Assembly: GCA_964478805.1 (NCBI GenBank)
Contig: CAYZJQ010000001.1
Location: forward strand, 2,727 to 66,726
Origin: an uncultured Halobacteriales archaeon
Lineage (GTDB): Archaea > Halobacteriota > Halobacteria > Halobacteriales > Haloarculaceae
Reading direction: 5' to 3'
Length of the DNA stretch: 64,000 nt
In this document: piece by piece, positions 1-9,353 of the stretch
Layout of the letters: every line of letters begins with the position of its first letter
How positions within the stretch are numbered: the stretch's first letter is position 1
The notes under the pieces: model-generated
Databases searched by the model: none
What the model was told of the DNA's origin: nothing
Seen by the model: only the letters and a program-made list of their open reading frames with translations
Translations under genes and position numbers: made by a program

Positions 1-1
1 A

Positions 2-388
2 CACTCGGGCCACGGCACCGTTGAGGTACGCACCCCAGATGGCCAGTCGGACCCAGACCGTGTCATGGCGTTCGTCGAGTACACGGAGGCCCTCGTGACC
101 GATCTTGCGGCGCGGTATGAGGACGGCGAATCCGGCTATAGTCACCGGCGTGAACCGCTTGATGAAAACAAATGGCGCGCTATTCGCCACGGCCACGAGG
201 CGGAACTGCTTGACCGCGAGTTCAAAACGGCGGTGCCGTTGGGTGAACTTGTCGACCGCGAGGCCGACCGACTCGACATCTCCGGGATTCAAACGCTGTA
301 TGACGCCGAGTCAGGGGCGGCCCGTCAACGCCGCTTGCGCGCGGAGTCCGTCGACGCGTTGTGTGCGGCGTTACGATTGGACCCGTAG
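2..388 (+). CDS. gshA: Glutamate--cysteine ligase (GCS2/YbdK family), C-terminal part; gene starts before the window
   Basis: Frame open from base 2: [15 protein letters not shown]...[10 protein letters not shown] matches the GCS2 GTxExR.D and ENKWRA.R.G motifs. Confidence 0.85.
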   Translation, partial: HSGHGTVEVRTPDGQSDPDRVMAFVEYTEALVTDLAARYEDGESGYSHRREPLDENKWRAIRHGHEAELLDREFKTAVPLGELVDREADRLDISGIQTLYDAESGAARQRRLRAESVDALCAALRLDP

Positions 389-447
389 CCCGCCGGGAAC
401 AACGCGTTTTTTCTCCCCCGTGTATTACGACCGCGATGTTCCGACAT

Positions 448-918
448 ATGTCATCCGACGGCTCTGCGTCCGGCGAGGACGTACGGGAGCGGATCGAGAC
501 GGGCACGCAAGAGCTTGACCAACGGGTCGTCGACCTGCTCGCGTGGGTGCTCGACACCGAGACGCGTGCTCGTATCTATATCCATCTTCGACAGCATCCC
601 AACCAAACCAGCGAGGAGATTGCCGAGGGGACTGGGCTGTATCCAAGTACCGTCCGCGAGGCACTGGCAGCACTTCATGAGGAGGGGACGGTGACCCGCG
701 ACAAGCGCGAAGCAGCTGGCGCCGGCAACAATCCCTACGAGTACGAGGCCATCGCGCCGTCGGAACTCGTCGCGGGGATTGTTGAGGATGTCCAAGGTGA
801 GCTGAACACAGTGTTCAACCTCGACGATGTGCTCGGTGGGCAACCGAGCCGTGAAGAGACCAGCTCAGGGCCAGTCTCCATCTCGGTGTCCGAGCCGACC
901 GAGACCGACGACGACTGA
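448..918 (+). CDS. Winged-helix (TrmB/ArsR-like) transcriptional regulator
   Basis: ARIYIHLRQHPNQTSEEIAEGTGLYPSTVREALAAL is a wHTH; ATG at 448; acidic C-terminus. Confidence 0.8.
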   Translation: MSSDGSASGEDVRERIETGTQELDQRVVDLLAWVLDTETRARIYIHLRQHPNQTSEEIAEGTGLYPSTVREALAALHEEGTVTRDKREAAGAGNNPYEYEAIAPSELVAGIVEDVQGELNTVFNLDDVLGGQPSREETSSGPVSISVSEPTETDDD

Positions 919-980
919 CGCCAGGCGACGACCACTCGGGGAGCGGAACCACTTTACGCGGGCGCGACCTGCGCGGGGAT

Positions 981-1499
981 ATGCAGGTCGTGCTCGGCGG
1001 CACCTTCGACCCGGTCCACGACGGGCACCGGGCGCTTTTTTGCCGCGGCTTCGAACTTGGTGATCTCACCGTTGGCCTGACCAGCGACGACCTCGCTCCA
1101 CAGACGCGCAACGAAAAGCGCCATGTCCGCCCCTTCGAGACCCGCAAGCAGGATCTTGAAGCGATCCTTGCAGACCTCGCCGCCGAGTACGACCGGGAGT
1201 TTACAGTCCGTGAACTGACAAAACCGACCGGCATCGCTACCGAACCAGGGTTCGACGTGCTCATCGTCTCTCCCGAGACGGAGGAAGGAGGCCATGCAGT
1301 CAACGAGATTCGCAAAGAGCGCGGCCTTGACCCACTGGCGATCGAAGTTGTCGACCACGTCCGGGCGGAGGACGGTGGCATCATCTCGTCGACTCGGGTG
1401 GTCGAAGGCGAGATCGACGTACATGGCAATCTGACGCCCGACAGTGAGGGTCGAGGATTCGAACGAAGCGAGGTCTCTGACAGTGCGAGCGGGGAATAA
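981..1499 (+). CDS. coaD: Phosphopantetheine adenylyltransferase
   Basis: GGTFDPVHDGH (HxGH), GLTSD, IVSPET and ISSTR motifs of archaeal CoaD. Confidence 0.92.
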   Translation: MQVVLGGTFDPVHDGHRALFCRGFELGDLTVGLTSDDLAPQTRNEKRHVRPFETRKQDLEAILADLAAEYDREFTVRELTKPTGIATEPGFDVLIVSPETEEGGHAVNEIRKERGLDPLAIEVVDHVRAEDGGIISSTRVVEGEIDVHGNLTPDSEGRGFERSEVSDSASGE

Positions 1500-1599
1500 A
1501 TGAGCAAACAGGCTGAGTCGTTTGACACCAAACGCGCAGGGGCAACATGCCCATGCGCGGCGACCAGCTAAGCTCGGGAGCACATGCAGTCGACCGGAA

Positions 1600-1673
1600 C
1601 GCGGCGTGCCGCACGCCGACTATCCCACCCGCGGGACGGGAAGCCCCGGCGTTTACGCCGGGGAGGATGTCAC
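1600..1673 (+). mobile_element. Orphan IS200/IS605-family right end (tnpB 3' end/omegaRNA-type remnant); left boundary uncertain
   Basis: TATCCCA...GGGAAG, hairpin CCCCGGCG-TTTA-CGCCGGGG (1644-1663), then AGGATG-TCAC; no tnpA/tnpB ORF nearby. Confidence 0.8.
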
Positions 1674-1889
1674 AGGTATCAGCTTGTGCCCTCGCTAGGT
1701 CGGCTTCCCCGAAGCCACGGGAGAGGCCGCCATCGCAGGGGCCCTGAGAACTCTTTGCCGTTGCGAGCCCGAAGTCGATAACCCGCTTTGCCGGGCACTC
1801 GTGCCGTTAGTGCCTCTTGTTATCCCGCCGCTGACTCGTGTAGGGCGCGTTTCCGCGCTGCCCCCGAATCGCCGGTCGCTTCGATCCGC

Positions 1890-2198
1890 TCACCACGAAG
1901 GTGGCTCGAGTCCCGCCTCCGACATCAGGTTCTTCCACCGCTGTTGGACGGAGAGGCGAGAGACGCCGACTGCGTCGGCGACGGCGCCCTGTGAGCGACG
2001 CTCACTGGTTGCAAGCGTCGCGACGTACAGGGCCGCCGCGAGTGCCGGCCGCTTCGACCGTTCGCCCTCTGGAACCGTCGAGAGGAACAGGTCAGCCGCC
2101 CGCGACCGGGTCTCGCCCGGGAGGTCGAGGCGGTCGGCCGCCCGCTCCAGTGCGGCCAGCCATTCAGCGTTTGCCACCTCGTCGCTCGCGCGGTACAT
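1890..2198 (-). CDS. Single cyclin-fold TFIIB-family protein
   Basis: LERAADRLDL...AAALYVA...RSQGAVADAVGVSRLSVQQRWK resembles the C-terminal cyclin repeat/HTH of TFB. Confidence 0.8.
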   Translation of the reverse strand: MYRASDEVANAEWLAALERAADRLDLPGETRSRAADLFLSTVPEGERSKRPALAAALYVATLATSERRSQGAVADAVGVSRLSVQQRWKNLMSEAGLEPPSW

Positions 2199-2270
2199 GA
2201 TGGGAGATATTATTCGGGGGATTTAACAGTTTACCACAGGGGCTATCTTCACGCCCGCACTCAACAAACC

Positions 2271-2798
2271 ATGCCCGGGTATGTAGAAGCCGTCTGGCGG
2301 GCCGCAGCCGAGGGAGAACCGATGACTGCAGTTGAGACCGCCTATGCTATGCCCGGTGGCCTCGATGACGATCGGTATCAGTGCGGGAACGGCTACTACT
2401 CACCGTTCGATGTGTGTGAGGTGACTTTCATCGCCGCAGAGGCGCTCGATAGTATTCACGACCGAGCGGGGATCGACCTCTCAGGCGGCGAACACCGGCG
2501 CAACGTCGTCACCCGCGGCGTCGACCTCGGCGAACTGCTGGCGTCGCGATTCCGGATCGGCCAGGTTGTCTTCGAGGGGACGCGCCCACGACCACCGTGT
2601 CGTCACGTAGAGGAGGTCGCTGAAATTAAGGGGCTGATGGACGCGCTCCGTGAGCGCGGCGGCATCTGTGCGGACGTGGTCGCAGCCGGCGAGTTCGTGG
2701 TTGGTGACGAGATCGAGATCCTTGGGTCGACGGCCGTCGATAGCGACGGCCTCGCCGCGGCTATCGCAGAGCGCGCTGACGAGCAACAAGACTCGTAA
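2271..2798 (+). CDS. MOSC domain protein
   Basis: HRRNVVTRG, FRIG, RPRPPCRH and RGGICADVVAAGEFVVGD MOSC motifs. Confidence 0.85.
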   Translation: MPGYVEAVWRAAAEGEPMTAVETAYAMPGGLDDDRYQCGNGYYSPFDVCEVTFIAAEALDSIHDRAGIDLSGGEHRRNVVTRGVDLGELLASRFRIGQVVFEGTRPRPPCRHVEEVAEIKGLMDALRERGGICADVVAAGEFVVGDEIEILGSTAVDSDGLAAAIAERADEQQDS

Positions 2799-3122
2799 GC
2801 GGACCTGAGCACGGTACTGTGTGTCACAAGTATCTGCACGCAAGGCGCTCGGCTTCGCCGTCGAGCGCGCGAATCTCCTCCTGTACGGGGTCGTGACACT
2901 CGACTGGCTTGTATTCTCTGAGGGGCTACAATGAGTTAGCTGCACACTTACTAACGTGCTCGCCGACCTCCACGCCGTGTTCGGCACCGTCCGCGCCCTG
3001 CTCCGGATTAGTGAGGGCGTCGTGCTGCTCGCCGGGCTCGTCGGATTAGGCCAGCGGGCCGTGGCTGAGACAGCACGAGAGAGCGACACCTTCTTTCCGG
3101 GACCGGCGGTAGCAGAAAGTGC

Positions 3123-3207
3123 GCGCGGGTAGCCAAGCCAGGCCAACGGCGCAGCGCTTAGGACGCTGTCTCGTAGGAGTCCGCCGGTTCGAATCCGGTC
3201 CCGCGCA
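3123..3207 (+). tRNA. tRNA-Leu (anticodon TAG)
   Basis: Acceptor GCGCGGG/CCCGCGC+A, anticodon arm CAGCG-CT-TAG-GA-CGCTG, long variable arm, T-arm GGTTCGAATCC. Confidence 0.96.
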
Positions 3208-3437
3208 TTTCTGCTGCGAGCGACGAAATCGCTCAGTTGATTCGAACCGAAGCGTAGGGTGAATGGAAGCGAGTACAACCAGAGGGTGGTTCGAAACCAG
3301 TCCCACACACGCCCAGCACAACGACCTAAGCGTGACACGTGTCGCAACGAGTCCCGTTCAGCGCTCTCGCAGGCGGGTGATTACGCGTTTCCGTGGAAAT
3401 TGGGGCTACTAGTCGACGACAAAGATCTCCGACGCGA

Positions 3438-3881
3438 TCAGGCCTCACGCAGTTCCGCGAACGTCTCGCGGACGTTCTCGACGGCGGCCGCCTTCTTTGC
3501 CGGATACGCCTCGACCTTTGCCCGGAGTGTGATACCGTTGCCGCGTTCCACCTGCCCGCGAAATGCCGACTGCTTGTCCACTGCGAGAAAGAAGGTGCAG
3601 TCGTCGTCGACCCGCTGGTCCAACTCCGCGACAACGCCCTCGATGTCGTCGAGTTCTGCCAACGTCGACAGGACGTGACGCATCTCGTCAGCCCGTTCGA
3701 GTCGCACCGAGAGGACGAGGATGCGGTCGCCGTGAAACCCTTCGGTCACCTGGCGGTCCAGTTCCAGATCCGCGTCGCCGGGAAGGAACGTCCGAATCGC
3801 GTCGCCGACCCGCTTTTCGTCCTCAGTCGCGTAGCAGAACGCGCGAAGGTCGACGTAGTGGAACGGGACCGCACTGGCCAT
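3438..3881 (-). CDS. DUF54-type archaeal RNA-binding protein (RL5-like fold)
   Basis: FCYATEDEKRV..AI, EGFHGDRI, FFLAVDKQSA motifs. Confidence 0.8.
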   Translation of the reverse strand: MASAVPFHYVDLRAFCYATEDEKRVGDAIRTFLPGDADLELDRQVTEGFHGDRILVLSVRLERADEMRHVLSTLAELDDIEGVVAELDQRVDDDCTFFLAVDKQSAFRGQVERGNGITLRAKVEAYPAKKAAAVENVRETFAELREA

Positions 3882-3887
3882 CTGGAG

Positions 3888-4091
3888 CTACTCCTCGTCG
3901 TCCGCGTCCGCGTCGTCGGCTGGCGAGAGAGCGTCTTGCGCGATGCCCGCCTCCTGGCCGCCCTCGAAAGAGATGACGTACTGCTCGTCACCGAACATCG
4001 TCTCTGAGACCGTCTCGACCGTGCCGGCCTCACCGTCGAAGTCGCTGTGCTCGTCGTGCAGGACGACCCTGTCGCCTTCGTTGAAGCTCAT
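3888..4091 (-). CDS. Small acidic SH3-like protein (DUF1918-like)
   Basis: MSFNEGDRVVLHDEHSDFDGEAGTV...MFGDEQYVISFE; ATG at 4091. Confidence 0.7.
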   Translation of the reverse strand: MSFNEGDRVVLHDEHSDFDGEAGTVETVSETMFGDEQYVISFEGGQEAGIAQDALSPADDADADDEE

Positions 4092-4149
4092 GACGGGTTC
4101 TACCTCCGAGCGAGCCAAAAGGTCGTCGTTTCCGGGGCGCGACGACCTG

Positions 4150-5016
4150 TCACCACTCGACGCCGTCGCGCGACTCGGCGTCCATCCGACGGAGCGCAGC
4201 TGTCGCGGTCGCGGTGTCGTAGCCGAACAGCACCGACTCACCGTACTCGGCCGCCACCTCGGTCGCGTGGACCAGGTCGTCGACGTCGATGTTCACGGCG
4301 TACAGCTCAACCGACAGCGGCGTAGAGAGCCGGTCAGCGAAGCCTGAGGCGATGACCTCGAGCCAGTAGGTCGTGCCGTAGTGGGTGTCGTACAGCGGGA
4401 CGACGAACTCGTCGACCAGCGGCTCGAGCGCGTCGAGGTCGAGCCCGGCTCGCTCGTAGAGATGGTCGCCGTAGGGGTCCGGATATAGCGTGAAGTACGT
4501 CGTCCCAGGGATCCGATCGACCGCGGCCTCGACGAACTCGGTGATGACCGAGGCCCGCCACGCGAACCGATCTGCCTGCGTAGTCTCGGCGGGTGGAGGT
4601 CCCTCATCACGCTCGTGCCGCTCCTCGACCCAGGACTCGAACTGCTCGTTACAGCGGTCGCAGTAACAGTATTCCGGCCGGGGAAACCCGACGTCATCGA
4701 GGCGCACGTCACCGTTGACGGCGGCGCAGTCCTCAATAATCTCCAGCAGCCCCTCGCGGTACTCCTCGTGGGTAGGGCAGACGTACGCCCAGTCGAAGTA
4801 GGTGCGGTCCCGGGTTGCCTCCTGTCCCTCGGGATTGACCGGAACGAGATCTCGTGTCTCCGAGGCAGCCGCGTTGTCGCCGAAGCACGAGATCATGTTT
4901 ACCGCGCCGGCGAGCGGCTCATTCGACCGCCCAGAGACGTCTTTCACCTCATAGAATGCGCGGTCGAAGGCCGCCGACTCGGTGTCCTCGGCGTTCCGTG
5001 TGACGACACCATACAT
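4150..5016 (-). CDS. Conserved hypothetical protein, probable glycoside-hydrolase-like TIM barrel with CxCxxC
   Basis: 288-aa acidic ORF with VCPT...YRE, VRLDDVGFP..YCYCDRC, VDEFVVPLY. Confidence 0.65.
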   Translation of the reverse strand: MYGVVTRNAEDTESAAFDRAFYEVKDVSGRSNEPLAGAVNMISCFGDNAAASETRDLVPVNPEGQEATRDRTYFDWAYVCPTHEEYREGLLEIIEDCAAVNGDVRLDDVGFPRPEYCYCDRCNEQFESWVEERHERDEGPPPAETTQADRFAWRASVITEFVEAAVDRIPGTTYFTLYPDPYGDHLYERAGLDLDALEPLVDEFVVPLYDTHYGTTYWLEVIASGFADRLSTPLSVELYAVNIDVDDLVHATEVAAEYGESVLFGYDTATATAALRRMDAESRDGVEW

Positions 5017-5082
5017 AGGATTCGGTAGCCGTGGCTCGGAGGTAAGTTGTTCGGAACGTCCGGTGATGACGACCGGAGCTGG

Positions 5083-5154
5083 CTACCGTCGTACGAGAAC
5101 GGCAGCGACGATGACAACGGCGAGCAGGGCGACGACGAGCGCTTTCTTCGACAT
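5083..5154 (-). CDS. Predicted 23-aa single-pass membrane micro-protein MSKKALVVALLAVVIVAAVLVRR
   Basis: Read by hand; ATG 5154 to TAG 5083; hydrophobic core flanked by KK and RR; host-like codons. Confidence 0.6.
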   Translation of the reverse strand: MSKKALVVALLAVVIVAAVLVRR

Positions 5155-5212
5155 ACTTGCCGGTACGGCCGGCGGGAGCAAAGGTCTTTGCCTCTCTCAA
5201 GGGCGCTGCGGC

Positions 5213-5680
5213 TCAGGAGGTGTCGATATGGGTGGCAATGTCCTCGCGGACAATAGTGTCACAGTAGCCACAGCGGACGCCGTCTGAGAGCACTTCGAAC
5301 GTCGAGTCGACGGGTTCACCCTCCGTCGTGATACAGTTGGTATTGGGACACGAGAGGACACCGACGACGCGCGCCGGCCGGGAGACCCGGAGTTTGTCAG
5401 TCACCTCGTACTCGCGAACAATGTTGATAGTGGCGTGGGGGGCGATGAGCGAAAGGACATCCACTTCGTCACCGCTGAGTTCGCGATCTTCGACCTTTAC
5501 GATGTCTTTGCGGCCAAGCCGACCTGACGGCACGTTCATGCCGACACTGACCTCCTCGCCACGTGATCCATCGATATCGAGGATCGCGAGGACGTTCAAC
5601 GCTTGGCCACCCGGGATGTGGTCGATAACGGTACCATTCTGAATCTTCGAGACGCGGAGTTCGGTGTCTGGCTCGGTCAT
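5213..5680 (-). CDS. pyrI: Aspartate carbamoyltransferase regulatory subunit
   Basis: [22 protein letters not shown]...CGYC zinc site; overlaps pyrB stop. Confidence 0.97.
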   Translation of the reverse strand: MTEPDTELRVSKIQNGTVIDHIPGGQALNVLAILDIDGSRGEEVSVGMNVPSGRLGRKDIVKVEDRELSGDEVDVLSLIAPHATINIVREYEVTDKLRVSRPARVVGVLSCPNTNCITTEGEPVDSTFEVLSDGVRCGYCDTIVREDIATHIDTS

Positions 5681-6582
5681 GGCAACATCGAGTCAAGTAG
5701 GGCCATCCGGACAGGCACGCCGTTGTGTGCCTGCTGGAAGTAGTGTGCGTGGTTGGTTTGGTCGACGTCAGGCGCAATTTCGTCCACCCGGGGAAGTGGG
5801 TGCATCACCGTGAGATCGTCGCGGGCGGCCTCAAGCAGGTCGGCATCGATACGATACTGGCCGGCAACCTTTCGATACTCGTTCTCGTCGGGGAACCGCT
5901 CGCGCTGGATGCGGGTGACATATAGGACATCCAAATCCGCGAGAACGGAGGCCAATTCAGTGTGTTCTTTGACGACCGCACCGGACTCGTGAAGATCAAA
6001 CCGGACGTTGCGGGGGAGATTAAGTGACTCCGGGCTGATAAAGTGCATCCGCGCGTCGAAGGTTGTGAGCGCGGCCGCCAGCGAGTGGACCGTCCGACCG
6101 TACTTCAGGTCTCCCATGATGCCGACAGTCAGGTCGTCGAGACCGGAACTCTCACGCATCGTGAAGAGGTCAAGCAGGGTCTGAGTAGGATGCTGGCCGG
6201 CACCATCACCCGCATTAATCACGGGGACATCAACGAACTCAGAGGCCAGTTGTGCCGCTCCCTCGCTCGGATGGCGGAGCACGATAGCGTCGGTGTATCC
6301 AGCGATGACGCGCATCGTGTCGGCCAGCGATTCCCCTTTCTTGACCGATGAAGACTCGACGGGACCCATATCGACGCTATCGCCACCAAGCCGCTTGATA
6401 GCGGTGTCGAAGCTCATCTTCGTGCGCGTGCTCGGCTCGAAAAAGCAGAGCCCAAGCAGCGCGTCGGGGTGTGCACCGGCGACGGTCCCGGGGTCGGCAG
6501 CGATCTCAGCGGCACGGTCAAGCACCGCCTCGATATCGCCCCGGGAGAGTTGTTTCGCCCCGATGAGGTGGTCGTGTCGCAT
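5677..6582 (-). CDS. pyrB: Aspartate carbamoyltransferase catalytic subunit
   Basis: [33 protein letters not shown]. Confidence 0.97.
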   Translation of the reverse strand: MRHDHLIGAKQLSRGDIEAVLDRAAEIAADPGTVAGAHPDALLGLCFFEPSTRTKMSFDTAIKRLGGDSVDMGPVESSSVKKGESLADTMRVIAGYTDAIVLRHPSEGAAQLASEFVDVPVINAGDGAGQHPTQTLLDLFTMRESSGLDDLTVGIMGDLKYGRTVHSLAAALTTFDARMHFISPESLNLPRNVRFDLHESGAVVKEHTELASVLADLDVLYVTRIQRERFPDENEYRKVAGQYRIDADLLEAARDDLTVMHPLPRVDEIAPDVDQTNHAHYFQQAHNGVPVRMALLDSMLP

Positions 6583-6975
6583 CACTGGAGACCCGCCTTC
6601 TCGGACCTTCAATCTCCCGACCCATGTTTCGCAGATTCGGTCCCCGAGATGCGGTCACCCTCGCCAGGGTTGTTGACGCCGTGACGATCAAGAGTGGAGG
6701 AGATATCACGAAACCGAGCGCTCGCGCCGCCGTGATACGGCCCGGAGCCAGCCGGCGATCGGCGTAAACACAGATTCTCGACCCGGCGTGACGGTCGTGG
6801 TTCCCGACAACGCTGGCATCGCACAGCGTGTCGGTCAGCGGCTTGATGAAGTTGTGCCCTCAACGAATCGTCCTAACTGTGATCTTGACGGGTCGAGCCA
6901 CCGGACAGCGTTCAGGCGTACATTCAGGATAGCCAGAAGTGTTAACACTGGTGCTAGACTGTTCTTGTTACAGTG

Positions 6976-7599
6976 GTGAACAGACTCCGAACCGGAATCG
7001 ACGTCCTCGATCGAAAACTCGAGGGCGGAATCCCGGCCGGCAGCATCGTCGCGCTGCAAGCCGAGCCGGCCAGCCAGGCGGAGCTGTTCCTGTATGAACT
7101 TACGGCGACCCGTGGGACCCTGTATCTCTCGCTTGACCGATCGGACGACGCTGTCGCGGCGAGTATTCGTGACGCTGACACCCGAACCGGCGACCCGACG
7201 GTTCGGTCGGTAGGTGGCGATGCGCCCATCGACAACGCGACGAAACTTGTCTCGGCGTTGCCGGAGGCATCAAATCTCATTGTCGATCCGGTCGATGTAT
7301 TGGAACGACAGGAGGCTCCCCGGTTCCGCAACTTTATGAACGATCTCCAGAACCACATCTATAACACGGGGTCGCTCGCGGTCGTCCACTGCCTCAAGGG
7401 ACGCGACGTACCAGGCAACCGCGACACGACACTCCATATGGCCGATGTCGTATTCGACCTCCGAACAACGGTGAAAGGTGACCGCGTCGAAAACCGCCTT
7501 GCGATCCCGAAGTTCCGTGGCGGCGCCGCAGTCTCCGATATCGTGAAACTGGAACTCGCCGATGAAGTCGCCATCGACACCTCACGCGATATTGCCTGA
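6976..7599 (+). CDS. KaiC/RAD55-like RecA-fold protein with degenerate Walker A
   Basis: LRTGIDVLDRKLEGGIPAGSIV N-terminus; AEPASQAE in place of GxxGxGKT; ADVVFDL...LAIPKFRG. Confidence 0.8.
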   Translation: MNRLRTGIDVLDRKLEGGIPAGSIVALQAEPASQAELFLYELTATRGTLYLSLDRSDDAVAASIRDADTRTGDPTVRSVGGDAPIDNATKLVSALPEASNLIVDPVDVLERQEAPRFRNFMNDLQNHIYNTGSLAVVHCLKGRDVPGNRDTTLHMADVVFDLRTTVKGDRVENRLAIPKFRGGAAVSDIVKLELADEVAIDTSRDIA

Positions 7600-7609
7600 G
7601 CTGATAGAG

Positions 7610-8443
7610 CTACCCGGTGGGCGACCTGTCCAGTGATAGTCCTGCGTGCCAGCGCTCCGCACCCGCCTCGGCTTTCACCCGGTCCATCTCCGCGAGGATC
7701 GCAGCCGCCCGCGAGGCGACCTTACCCGCCCGACGCTCTCCCTCGGTGCGAAACTCCCCAGTGACACGGTTGGCGTAGACGGTACAGACTGCGCCGGCCC
7801 GGAGGCCGTACAGATTCGCCACAGTGAGAATCGCCGAGGCCTCCATCTCGAAGTTGAGCACGCCAGCCTCACGGAGCTCGTCGACTAGCTCAGCGGCGCC
7901 CGCCGCTTCGAAGCCCCCGAATCCAGGACGGCCCTGCCCGGCGTAGAAAGAATCCGTCGAGCAAGTAACGCCACAGTGGTACCTGTAGCCGAGTTCTTCA
8001 CATGCCGTCACAAGCGCCGTGACGACCTCCGGGTCAGCCGACGCCGGGTAGCCGTCGCGAACGTACTCGCTGGACGTCCCCTCCTGACGGACTGCCCCCG
8101 TCGTAATCACGAGGTCGCCGATATCCATTCCCGGCTGGATCGCGCCACACGAGCCGACGCGCAGGAACGTCCCGGAGCCCAGTCGTGCATGCTCTTCGAC
8201 CGCGATGGCCGCTGACGGCGACCCGATGCCAGTTGAGGTGACGGTCACTGGCTCGCCGTCGTATCGTCCGGTCACTGTGCGGTACTCACGATGAAACCCA
8301 GTCTCCTCGGCGTCGTCCCAGCCCTCGGCGATCTTTGGCACGCGCTCGGGGTCACCAGGGAGTAAGACGGGCCCAGCGGTGTCGTCCCGCCCGATACCAA
8401 GGTGATACTGGACCTCACTGTTGGGGTCCTCGCTATCGGTCAT
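7610..8443 (-). CDS. udp: Uridine (nucleoside) phosphorylase
   Basis: QYHL, LLPGDPER, STGIGSPS, RVGSCGA, TDSFYAGQ, NFEMEA. Confidence 0.92.
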   Translation of the reverse strand: MTDSEDPNSEVQYHLGIGRDDTAGPVLLPGDPERVPKIAEGWDDAEETGFHREYRTVTGRYDGEPVTVTSTGIGSPSAAIAVEEHARLGSGTFLRVGSCGAIQPGMDIGDLVITTGAVRQEGTSSEYVRDGYPASADPEVVTALVTACEELGYRYHCGVTCSTDSFYAGQGRPGFGGFEAAGAAELVDELREAGVLNFEMEASAILTVANLYGLRAGAVCTVYANRVTGEFRTEGERRAGKVASRAAAILAEMDRVKAEAGAERWHAGLSLDRSPTG

Positions 8444-8903
8444 GGCCGTGTGTGGGCCGACGTGAGCCTAATCGTTGTCGGGTCGCCGACGGCGTGGTGT
8501 GGCATTCGTTCGAGTCCCGGAGGTAGCTCGCGCCTACGCCAATCAGTTGATGGACACGAACCTGACGGTAACGACCGCCTTCTCCCGCGACAAACAGCCC
8601 CCAGTGTGCGTGACGGCCAACGACGCTGGAGGTTGCGGTCCGACCGCCCGAAGCCGAGAGTCCCCCCGGTCCACGAGCAGCGGCGCTCACCGAGCTCCCC
8701 GGGTGGTTGCGGGGGGCCGGCGGTCCGATACCCACGTCGGATTCGCGATCGACGGTCTCGTGGTCATCGTCGCGAACGCAGCCGGCGCCGACCTCCCGTC
8801 GATTGGGGCACTCCTGGAGACGAGGGCTCACCATGGCCGTCGAGTGCTAGTCGGCGCCACTGTCACTGCAGTCGGCTGTTCACCTTCATGACCTTCGGAC
8901 GAA

Positions 8904-9305
8904 TTACTTCCCGAGCGCCTCGCGGTCGATGGTGTTCGGGATCAGGTCACCAAGCTCGTACGCGGTCACCGAGTCGCCCTCATCGCAGTAAACCGGCAGG
9001 TCGACCGCACAGAATTCTGCGAGCGTTTGACGACACATTCCGCAGGGCGTGACGCCGTCTCGGACGCCGGAGGAAACGGCCAGAGCATCGAACTCGTGGT
9101 ATCCGTCCCGAACGGCTGCCGCGACGGCCACCTCCTCGGCGTGCAGCGAGTTGGAGTAGTTCGCGTTCTCGATGTTGCAGCCGGTGTAGACAGTACCGTC
9201 GTCGGTCCGCAGGCCAGCCCCGACCCGGTATTCCGAGTAGGGGACATAAGCGGCCTCAAGCGCGTCACGTGCCGCATCGACCAGAGCCGCGGTATCTGCA
9301 TCCAT
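8904..9305 (-). CDS. cdd: Cytidine deaminase
   Basis: PYSEYRVGA, GCNIENANY, HAEE, PCGMCRQ. Confidence 0.95.
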   Translation of the reverse strand: MDADTAALVDAARDALEAAYVPYSEYRVGAGLRTDDGTVYTGCNIENANYSNSLHAEEVAVAAAVRDGYHEFDALAVSSGVRDGVTPCGMCRQTLAEFCAVDLPVYCDEGDSVTAYELGDLIPNTIDREALGK

Positions 9306-9353
9306 ACCAGAAGAGCCACCCCTGGCCCGATAGCTCTCCCGGTCGCCCGGGTC

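Noticed and set aside
2821..3132. Hydrophobic reading frame with an in-frame TGA at 2932 (possible pseudogene or recoding)
   Set aside because: No recognisable family, the frame runs into tRNA-Leu, and nothing supports selenocysteine or readthrough
6609..6970. Short ORFs upstream of pyrB, one with CxxC
   Set aside because: Arg-rich, not host-like, no clear start signal; no leader or attenuator structure could be supported
8444..8903. 460-bp gap between cdd and udp with ORFs on both strands
   Set aside because: Translations are not acidic and have no motifs; possibly decayed DNA but cannot be assigned
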